The translations under genes and the position numbers were made by a program. Below are positions 19,281 through 26,790 of a DNA stretch of 45,918 bases, in pieces (positions within the stretch are counted from its first letter, which is position 1; each line of letters starts with the position of its first letter). Where the stretch lies: assembly GCA_013042025.1 (NCBI GenBank), contig JABDQY010000007.1, forward strand, positions 1 through 45,918, read 5' to 3'. Origin of the DNA: Bacteroidia bacterium. GTDB lineage: Bacteria; Bacteroidota; Bacteroidia; NS11-12g; UBA9320. Under the pieces are notes generated by a model. It was not told the origin of the DNA, ran no database searches, and worked only from the letters and a program-made list of their open reading frames with translations.

Positions 19281-19807
19281 TCGATACGCTCAAATTCCAG
19301 TTCATCTCCAAGAAACCACATCCCATTTAGCTGAATTGCAACATATTTCAATTCGTATTCTTTCTTTCTTTTATTACACTGCACAGTAACATAACAATAC
19401 CTATTCCCATCCTCATCAGCTCCGTAATCAAAATCAGTTTTCTTATGATCTAAATGTCGCATTTTCAATTTATCTTTCTTCGCCTTTTTTAAAACTTTTA
19501 GGTACTGTCGTTGCAAACTTCTAAGCAACCTCTGCTGCCGAATAACCACTTTGTCCAAGGTATATTCTACAGACAAAGTATCAAAAGTTGTCTTTAAATA
19601 CCTCATCGTTGGAACAAAACTCTTAATCGTATTTACATCCTCCTTCTTTAATTGTGTGAAAAAAGAATCACACATTTCAGGTAATGAGTCAAACAACATT
19701 GGAGCAAATAAATTGCTATCAGGACGGTGATCCTTAAGTACATACAATTGTGAAAATGAAGAAAAGCTCACCCTAAACACAACCAATAAAACCAATGCAA
19801 CTCTCAT
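19277..19807 (-). CDS. hypothetical secreted protein
   Basis: 176 aa with signal peptide. ATGA stop/start overlap with the downstream WG-repeat gene at 19277-19280. Confidence 0.5.
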   Translation of the reverse strand: MRVALVLLVVFRVSFSSFSQLYVLKDHRPDSNLFAPMLFDSLPEMCDSFFTQLKKEDVNTIKSFVPTMRYLKTTFDTLSVEYTLDKVVIRQQRLLRSLQRQYLKVLKKAKKDKLKMRHLDHKKTDFDYGADEDGNRYCYVTVQCNKRKKEYELKYVAIQLNGMWFLGDELEFERIE

Positions 19808-19821
19808 TTCTATTTACACAG

Positions 19822-19829
19822 CAAATTTA
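19822..19829 (-). promoter_or_regulatory. candidate -7 box TAAATTTG
   Basis: Reverse complement matches TAnnTTTG exactly, 14 nt upstream of the ATG at 19807. Confidence 0.3.
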
Positions 19830-19940
19830 CGGCCAAAAAGTCTAGATAGTACTTGATTCTAAAAACATGACTTCTCTGTGCATCATTTTTTAAACCCCAA
19901 GTGTCTCTCCAAAGTACTGTTTAGTTTACCCAAGGATATA

Positions 19941-19975
19941 GGGTTGAAGGCAAACCTTCGACCCTTATCTTTTTC
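19941..19975 (+). terminator. orphan terminator-like hairpin (plus orientation)
   Basis: 10-bp stem gggttgaagg/ccttcgaccc (one G-U) with loop caaa, followed by ttatctttttc. No plus-strand gene ends upstream of it. Confidence 0.4.
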
Positions 19976-19997
19976 AAATTCGTTTCATTTTTCTAGT

Positions 19998-20005
19998 TAA
20001 GTTTG
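19998..20005 (+). promoter_or_regulatory. -7 promoter box TAAGTTTG for the metal-uptake operon
   Basis: Exact TAnnTTTG match, 4 nt upstream of the ATG at 20010. This is the same spacing as at dps. Confidence 0.35.
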
Positions 20006-20009
20006 CGGT

Positions 20010-20915
20010 ATGAGGAATATTCTTACCCTTATAACTGTAATTGCTATAGTTTTTTCAGGGTGCAAAACTGTTGAAGATGATGGCGTAACAACCATTGTAA
20101 CTACAACAGGAATTATAAAAGACTGCATAGAAAACATAGTAAGCGAAGACATAAAAGTGATCTCATTAATGGGAGCAGGTGTTGATCCACATTTGTACAA
20201 AGCCTCACAAGGAGATATCTCAAAACTTGCTAACGCCGACATTATAATTTACAATGGTCTCCATCTGGAAGGCAAAATGGCTCAGATGTTAGATAATTAT
20301 AGTAAATCAAAACCAGCATATGCTATTGGGAACTTTGTATCAAAAAATAGTCTCAAAAAAGTAGATGAAACCTCAGATTTAGTTGATCCGCATATTTGGT
20401 TTAATCCTGCAGTTTGGATGGAAGGATTAAACGGTGTAGCTGGAGAATTAAGCAAAATTGAGGGCTTAGAAACCACTGCTGCAAATTGCAGAAATTACAG
20501 TGAAGAAGTGGCTTCTATTTCGTCTGGTCTTACTCAATTGCTCGATTCCACATTGGACAACGAGAACAGAGTTTTAATTACAAGCCACGATGCATTTGAA
20601 TACTTTGGTGATGCATATAACTTTAGAGTTCGTGGATTACAAGGAATTTCAACAGCTGCGGAGTATGGTGCTAAAGATGTTAAAGACCTTATCGATTTTA
20701 TAATAGACAATAATATTAAGTCTGTGTTTGTTGAAACGAGTGTATCTGATAAAAATTTAAGGGCAGTTATTGAAGGAGCACAAGCACGAGATTATGAATT
20801 AAAAATTGGAGGAACCTTATACAGCGACGCTTTAGGAGCTGAGAAGACTCCTGCTGCTACATACATAGGAATGCTTCAGGCTAATGTTCATACGATAATT
20901 GAAGGATTGAAATAA
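20010..20915 (+). CDS. metal ABC transporter substrate-binding lipoprotein (TroA/ZnuA/MntC cluster-9 family)
   Basis: 301 aa with lipobox FSGC. Metal-ligand motifs DPHLY, DPHIWFNP, SHDAFEYF and ETSVSD give a His/His/His/Asp TroA-like set. No His-rich loop. Confidence 0.85.
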   Translation: MRNILTLITVIAIVFSGCKTVEDDGVTTIVTTTGIIKDCIENIVSEDIKVISLMGAGVDPHLYKASQGDISKLANADIIIYNGLHLEGKMAQMLDNYSKSKPAYAIGNFVSKNSLKKVDETSDLVDPHIWFNPAVWMEGLNGVAGELSKIEGLETTAANCRNYSEEVASISSGLTQLLDSTLDNENRVLITSHDAFEYFGDAYNFRVRGLQGISTAAEYGAKDVKDLIDFIIDNNIKSVFVETSVSDKNLRAVIEGAQARDYELKIGGTLYSDALGAEKTPAATYIGMLQANVHTIIEGLK

Positions 20916-21694
20916 TGATAGAGAATCCGATTATTGAAGCTCATAATTTAACAGTATTGTATGGTAGGAAACCAGCACTTTGGAACGTAGATTTTTCTCT
21001 TCCAAGAGGAAAAGTAATTGGAATTATGGGCCCAAACGGAAGTGGTAAAAGCACGCTGTTGAAAGCCATAATGGGCGTTGCAACTCCTACATCAGGTTAC
21101 ACAAAAGTATATGACAGAGAGCTTGATGAAGTTCGTGAAAAAATAAGTTATGTACCACAACGTCAAGACATTGATTGGGATTTCCCCGCAAGTGTTTGGG
21201 ACGTTGTTTCAATGGGTAGATTTCAAAAAAGAGGTCTTTTTAAAAAATTGACCTCAGAAGATAAGGATATTATTGCTGAGAGTCTTGAAAAGGTAAACAT
21301 GTTAGGATATTCGAAAAGGCAAATAAGTCAGCTGTCTGGGGGACAACAACAACGTGTTTTCTTAGCAAGAGCATTAGCCCAACAAGGAGATCTATTTCTT
21401 ATGGATGAACCTTTTGCAGGTGTTGACATTTCAACAGAAGAGATGATTATCTCGCTTTTAAAAGAGATGAAAGATGCAGGTAAAACATTGGTAATTGTAC
21501 ATCATGATTTACATACTGCCCAATCGTATTTTGATTGGTTGGTTTTACTTAATACGCGATTGGTTGCGGCAGGACCAGTTTCTGAGGTATTTAACGACCA
21601 GGTACTCACCGATACGTATGGTGGTAAACTAACAACCATATCAAAAATAAGTCAAGAACTAGAAAATAAAGAATTCCCAATACGTCACAAATAA
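20915..21694 (+). CDS. metal ABC transporter ATP-binding protein
   Basis: Walker A GPNGSGKST, signature LSGGQQQRV, Walker B LFLMDEPF. 1-nt start/stop overlaps on both sides. Confidence 0.9.
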   Translation: MIENPIIEAHNLTVLYGRKPALWNVDFSLPRGKVIGIMGPNGSGKSTLLKAIMGVATPTSGYTKVYDRELDEVREKISYVPQRQDIDWDFPASVWDVVSMGRFQKRGLFKKLTSEDKDIIAESLEKVNMLGYSKRQISQLSGGQQQRVFLARALAQQGDLFLMDEPFAGVDISTEEMIISLLKEMKDAGKTLVIVHHDLHTAQSYFDWLVLLNTRLVAAGPVSEVFNDQVLTDTYGGKLTTISKISQELENKEFPIRHK

Positions 21695-22983
21695 TGAATC
21701 TTTGGGAACATATCACCACATTTTTTTCTGTAGAAAACTACAACTTATTTGTTATCAGTATTGGTTCAGGTATTTTGTGTTTTGCAGCTGGTGTTGTGGG
21801 TACATTCACTTATTTGAGAAAACGAGCTTTAATTGGTGATGTTATATCTCATTCAGTGCTTCCAGGAGTTGCAATTGCTTTTATGTTAGCTGGAGTTAAA
21901 AATCCAGTTTACTTTTTAATTGGAGCTATTTTATCTGGGCTATTATCTATATGGATAGTTGATTTTGTACAAGCAAAATCAAAATTAAAACCAGATACAA
22001 TTTTAGCATTAACATTAAGTGTGTTTTTTGGTGTTGGAATTGTTTTGCTAACCAAAATACAACACAGCGGAAATGCGGCCCAAAGTGGTCTTGACAGTTT
22101 CCTGTTCGGGAAGGCTGCATCTATGAGTCTTGGAGATGTTAAACTTTTTTCAATCATAGCAATCGTCAATATCATATTCATTACTATATTCTTAAGAGGT
22201 TTTAGTATGATAAGTTTTGATGAAAATTATGCTAAAGGAATTGGGTTTAATACTACATTTATAAAGTCATTTCTTGCACTACTTACTGTAGTAACCGTTG
22301 CTATTGGAGTGCAAGCAGTTGGAGTAGTTCTAATGGCAGCATTACTAATAACTCCTGCGGCAGGTGCACGTTTCTTAACAAACTCGATAGGAAGAATGCT
22401 TTTAATTTCAGGGGTATTTGGATTTGTTAGTGGATGGATTGGAGTATTTATTAGTTATAGCGGGAACGGCATGCCTACTGGACCTTGGATTGTTGTTGCA
22501 CTATCGCTATTTACATTAATAGCCATTCTTTTTGGACGAGACAGAGGAGTAATTGCACGTTGGAAACTTCGAAAGTCGAATAACATAAAAATCAACAATG
22601 AAAATGTATTAAAAGATATTTATAAGTTGGCAGATAAAGGAAGGAATACGCTCTCAATTGCACAAATTATTGAAAAGGAGAAGTATCGAGCACCGGTTCT
22701 AATTTCAATTTTAAACAGACTAGAAAAAAACGACTTTATTGATCAAATTCGTGGGCTTGTTATTCTTAATGAAAAAGGTAAGATAGCGGCCAGAGAAGTA
22801 ATACGAAAGCACCGTCTATGGGAACTTTATCTTTCTAAATACTTTCAACTCGAAGCAGATCATTTGCATGATGATGCAGAAGGTATTGAGCACGTTATCA
22901 CACCGGAAATTGAAAAACATTTATTAAAACTGTTGCAGTATCCGGAGAAAGATCCTCATCAAAGTGAAATTCCATATGAATGA
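21694..22983 (+). CDS. metal ABC transporter permease (ABC-3/TroC-like) fused to a C-terminal DtxR/MntR-type metalloregulator domain
   Basis: 429 aa. The first ~290 aa are a multi-helix ABC-3 permease. Residues ~300-429 carry a winged-helix segment plus RKHRLWELYLSKYF...HLHDDAEGIEHVITPEI...PEKDPHQSEIP, which is the DtxR/MntR dimerisation/metal-site signature. Confidence 0.85.
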   Translation: MNLWEHITTFFSVENYNLFVISIGSGILCFAAGVVGTFTYLRKRALIGDVISHSVLPGVAIAFMLAGVKNPVYFLIGAILSGLLSIWIVDFVQAKSKLKPDTILALTLSVFFGVGIVLLTKIQHSGNAAQSGLDSFLFGKAASMSLGDVKLFSIIAIVNIIFITIFLRGFSMISFDENYAKGIGFNTTFIKSFLALLTVVTVAIGVQAVGVVLMAALLITPAAGARFLTNSIGRMLLISGVFGFVSGWIGVFISYSGNGMPTGPWIVVALSLFTLIAILFGRDRGVIARWKLRKSNNIKINNENVLKDIYKLADKGRNTLSIAQIIEKEKYRAPVLISILNRLEKNDFIDQIRGLVILNEKGKIAAREVIRKHRLWELYLSKYFQLEADHLHDDAEGIEHVITPEIEKHLLKLLQYPEKDPHQSEIPYE

Positions 22984-23836
22984 CTTTTATATCATATTTA
23001 CTGCAAGCTTGGTAGCGATAAACTGTGCATTAATGGGCAGTTTCTTAGTCATGCGAAAAATGGTTATGCTTGGAGATGCAATATCCCATGCTGTTCTTCC
23101 GGGAATATTTATTGCCTACTTTTTGTCTGGATCTACAGGAAGTCTTCCCATACTTATTGGAGCTGCATTTAGTGGAATAATCGCCACCTTGATAATTGAA
23201 TGGTTTACAAAACGGGCACGCTTACAAAGTGATGCGGCAATTGGTGTATCGTATACATTGTTGTTTGCAATCGGTATTATACTAATTTCTAAGTTTGGAC
23301 AAAATGCTGATTTAGATCAACAATGTGTACTGTACGGAGAAATTGAATATATCTCATTGTGGCTGAAGCCGGTTTTTGGATTATTCGAACTACCAAAACA
23401 AACTATAATCCTTCTGTCTGTTTGCATTATTTTAATTGCGGCAGTTGTATGGGGCTATAAAGGATTATTCATTACAACCTTCGATCCTAATTTTGCTTTG
23501 TCTACTGGAATAGCTGTAGGATTTTGGCACTATTTTTTAATGAGCGGAGTATCACTAACAACAGTAGTTTCATTTGAATCTGTTGGTGCAATTTTAGTAA
23601 TCGCATTTTTATCTGGACCTCCGGCAATTGCATATTTATTGGTAGAAGATTTTAAGAAAATGTTGATTCTTGCATGTGCTATAGGTATTTTATGTTCAGC
23701 ACTTGGCTATTATGCCGCTAAATGGTTAGACGTATCGGTTGCAGGATCAATATCAACAGTAATTGGATTGGTCTTTGTTTTCGTATTTGTTGCCGTTAAT
23801 TTACTTAAAAGTAAAAGGGACGTAATATCTGCCTAA
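22964..23836 (+). CDS. metal ABC transporter permease (ABC-3/TroD-like)
   Basis: 290 aa with about 8-9 hydrophobic helices; paralogous to the N-terminal part of the preceding gene. Alternative ATG at 22976 gives an ATGAATGA overlap. Confidence 0.85.
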   Translation: MKFHMNDFYIIFTASLVAINCALMGSFLVMRKMVMLGDAISHAVLPGIFIAYFLSGSTGSLPILIGAAFSGIIATLIIEWFTKRARLQSDAAIGVSYTLLFAIGIILISKFGQNADLDQQCVLYGEIEYISLWLKPVFGLFELPKQTIILLSVCIILIAAVVWGYKGLFITTFDPNFALSTGIAVGFWHYFLMSGVSLTTVVSFESVGAILVIAFLSGPPAIAYLLVEDFKKMLILACAIGILCSALGYYAAKWLDVSVAGSISTVIGLVFVFVFVAVNLLKSKRDVISA

Positions 23837-23869
23837 AATTATTGTCAATAAGCCTTTTATGTTCATACA

Positions 23870-23893
23870 AATAATAGACTTAGTCCTATTATT
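23870..23893. promoter_or_regulatory. AT-rich inverted repeat, possible operator
   Basis: aataatag-N8-ctattatt; the inner gac/gtc extends the pairing with one bulge. Lies in the 84-bp gap between the second permease gene and the receptor-like gene. Confidence 0.3.
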
Positions 23894-23920
23894 GTATGTA
23901 AACAGATTAGGTTAAGATTA

Positions 23921-25792
23921 GTGAGAATTTTCCGAAACATACTACTTTCAGTTTTCGTTATGTTTTGCTTTAAAAGTGAGGCAAATGATTCTACTTCTTT
24001 TTTTAGTTTTAACCGAGAGCAAATACAAGCTTTAAATAGTCAAAATCTTTTTGATCTTATGCAACACACTCCATTTATTCATCGTTTTGTTAGCGAAAAT
24101 GAATCTTTTGTGAATGGAGGAATCTTAAGCGATCAGCAAATAGCTATTTATAAAAACGGGTTTCCTCTATTAATGGATCAAAACGTCACTTACTCTCTGC
24201 AGAATATTCCATTATGGGACATTGATGAAGTAACCATATCCATTTCTGAGTTTAATACAATAAACAAAAACAACGGAGGATTAACAATCCATATGTATTC
24301 TTCCGACACTTTTATAGCACCTTATTCTATTAAAACATCTGTTACTTCTGGGAGTTTGAACGACATTCACAGCAGTATCACGGCTGACTTAAGTAATGTC
24401 AAACACAATTTATCAATAGGTGGAAATAGAAGTTTCGAATCGAGTTATACCAATGACACTTCAAAACGACATTCTCCATGGGCTGCTTCTGAACGATATG
24501 ATTTAGATCTTCGTTATCAATATCATATACTATCAAGTGTCCAACTCAACCTATATTCTGACAACAGTTGGATAGAAAAACAGATTAAAGGAGATGTAAT
24601 TGCGGGTACCTCTAGAGCAAAGGACCAGGTTAAAAAGTATCAAAAGAATAGCCATTATGGAATACTTAAATCCGCTCTTTCTAAAAATCATTCTCTTAGC
24701 CTCTTAGGCCAATTTACATCCCTCTCTCATAAAGATTTAATTTATAATAAAGACCTTTCAAATCTTAATGAAATGGTTAGTGATGAAAATGAAAATCTTG
24801 ATACATTAAGTTACAACAACACCTTTATGCAGCTTAATTTAAACGGAAACTATAGGCACTATGGATTTGATGTTGGAATAGAATTATCAAACACCAATGA
24901 TAAAGTTTATTCAAGCATCAATGGAATTAAAACTGCTTATTCGGATTATTCGGCGTATGGTTTATTTCATTATCAGTACAAGAATGGATTTAAAGTTGAA
25001 GCAGGGTCAAAATTTTTAACAAATAGTTTATCTGGAAGTTACTTACTTCCACAAGCAAGAATAATTCTTGCTCCCTCAAAAATTCTTCAGCTAAATGTTT
25101 CCTATAATAGATCTATATCTTATCCTAATTTTCAAAATATTTTCTACCCAGATAGAATTACTGAAGTTACAAATAATATCCTACTTGAACCAACAATACT
25201 TAGCTCGTATAATTTTCATTTAGATATAAAGAAAAACCATTACTCATTTAAAAGTGGCCTTCTCTATACACAGCAAGCCGGAATACCTGTGGTGAGCGAA
25301 GGAGCTTACATAAATTCTAGAGTTAGTGGAGGTTCCGCAACATACTTTAGTTTTACCTACAAGAAGAACGAAAATCTTATCCGACCCAGTTTTATACTCC
25401 ATGGCTTAAACTTTTCAAAAGACAGCATAAATCAAAACTTCTTTTATCCAGAGCTCAATTTTTATAGCCAAACAACAATACCAAAGTTAGATATTAAAGT
25501 TTTCTTAACCGCTCGATTCTTAGGTAAATACTCTGACATGCGATTTGAAGAAGGGAAAGTTGTAATTCAAGAAATACAGAACACACCTCAACTTCATATT
25601 GCCATTCGTAAAGATTTAATGAAAGATAGATTTGCGGTTCTTTTTGGAGTAAACAATATCCTAGATAACTCTTCTCTAGAAGCAAACACTTTTGAACTCA
25701 CTGAATTTAGTAAGATCTTGCTTTCAAATTCTAATGTATTGAGCTCAAGGAAACGAAACATATTTTTAACCTTAAAAATTAATTTGTTGTGA
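23921..25792 (+). CDS. divergent TonB-dependent-receptor-like outer-membrane barrel
   Basis: 623 aa with GTG start and a signal peptide. The N-terminal ~110 aa resemble a degenerate plug (..NLFDLMQHTPFIHRF...IAIYKNGFPL...WDIDEVTISI...GGLTIHMYS). The remainder is rich in Y/S/N beta-strand pattern. No clear TonB box, and the C-terminus ends in L rather than F. Confidence 0.45.
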   Translation: MRIFRNILLSVFVMFCFKSEANDSTSFFSFNREQIQALNSQNLFDLMQHTPFIHRFVSENESFVNGGILSDQQIAIYKNGFPLLMDQNVTYSLQNIPLWDIDEVTISISEFNTINKNNGGLTIHMYSSDTFIAPYSIKTSVTSGSLNDIHSSITADLSNVKHNLSIGGNRSFESSYTNDTSKRHSPWAASERYDLDLRYQYHILSSVQLNLYSDNSWIEKQIKGDVIAGTSRAKDQVKKYQKNSHYGILKSALSKNHSLSLLGQFTSLSHKDLIYNKDLSNLNEMVSDENENLDTLSYNNTFMQLNLNGNYRHYGFDVGIELSNTNDKVYSSINGIKTAYSDYSAYGLFHYQYKNGFKVEAGSKFLTNSLSGSYLLPQARIILAPSKILQLNVSYNRSISYPNFQNIFYPDRITEVTNNILLEPTILSSYNFHLDIKKNHYSFKSGLLYTQQAGIPVVSEGAYINSRVSGGSATYFSFTYKKNENLIRPSFILHGLNFSKDSINQNFFYPELNFYSQTTIPKLDIKVFLTARFLGKYSDMRFEEGKVVIQEIQNTPQLHIAIRKDLMKDRFAVLFGVNNILDNSSLEANTFELTEFSKILLSNSNVLSSRKRNIFLTLKINLL

Positions 25793-26790
25793 GATCTCTT
25801 AAATTTTTTCTAATTGTTCTCGTGTTTTCTGGGTGCTTTGAACCAGATCGTCAGATAGCTGCTCCATTAGCCAACGAGGTACTACTCACATCAGATGTTA
25901 CTAGCAACCAAGCTGTTTATCTAAACCTGAGTCATCAGAACATAGAACTAGACCCATTTGATAAAAAATGGCATCTTAAATTTCAAAATGCAAAAAACGG
26001 CTGGTCTATTTACATGAATCCGTTGGAAAATGTAGCAATCCATCAAACTACAATTACTAATTTTGACGCAGTAGATTCAACTTTCAATCTTGTTGGCTTA
26101 AAATGGCTTATTGATGCACCTACTTCAAAAGGAGCTTACCCTGCTTTTGCGGGCTGGGGTGACTTTAATTTTAGCACACCTAAATCATTTAAAAATGTAT
26201 ACATCCTACGTCTAAAAAATGACATTACTGCAATTTTCTATAAAGTTCAAGTGTTGGATGCCAGCGACGATGCCTATCGTATTCGATACGCATCCTTAAA
26301 TGGGGATATTGACCATACCGTAACAGTAAACAAAGATGAATTGTATACTCATTCGTTTCTCCGACTTGCATCCGAACCTGTACAACCTAAAGTTGAACCA
26401 AAGAAAAATGATTGGGACTTATGTCTTACATTTATAGCAGACTCTATCACCAAACAGGGTAATTTACCGTTTCTTCCTACCATAAACGATTATTATGGTG
26501 TGTACCAAGCGTTGCTAATTAACAATGATTACAACAAAATTGCCATTGATAGTATCCATTCCTTCGACGAGATTGATTTTTTTAAGACTCAATCACTAAT
26601 TTTTAATTCCAGAGACCAACTACACAGTGTACTAATTGATTGGGACGAAGTCAATTTACAAGCAACAATATCAACAGACAATTTTCTGATTGTACAAAAA
26701 AACGATAGTTATTACGCCATTAAATCACAGCGAATAACCGGTAATTATCCTATCGACTTTGACTTAGAATTGATTATTAAAACCCTCTAG
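25789..26790 (+). CDS. HmuY-like lipoprotein (tentative)
   Basis: 333 aa with lipobox FSGC. W-x-L-K-F (KKWHLKFQN) and DWDLCLTF motifs recall the WD(L/I)xF repeats of HmuY-family proteins. GTGA start/stop overlap with the receptor-like gene. Confidence 0.4.
   Translation: MRSLKFFLIVLVFSGCFEPDRQIAAPLANEVLLTSDVTSNQAVYLNLSHQNIELDPFDKKWHLKFQNAKNGWSIYMNPLENVAIHQTTITNFDAVDSTFNLVGLKWLIDAPTSKGAYPAFAGWGDFNFSTPKSFKNVYILRLKNDITAIFYKVQVLDASDDAYRIRYASLNGDIDHTVTVNKDELYTHSFLRLASEPVQPKVEPKKNDWDLCLTFIADSITKQGNLPFLPTINDYYGVYQALLINNDYNKIAIDSIHSFDEIDFFKTQSLIFNSRDQLHSVLIDWDEVNLQATISTDNFLIVQKNDSYYAIKSQRITGNYPIDFDLELIIKTL

Noticed and set aside
19808-19975. Mn (yybP-ykoY-like) or other metal riboswitch upstream of the metal importer.
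   Set aside because: Only a ctctcc/ggagag fragment resembles the motif and it is in the wrong orientation and context. I could not recognise any of the conserved helices or junction sequences. The hairpin is kept as a finding without naming a riboswitch class.
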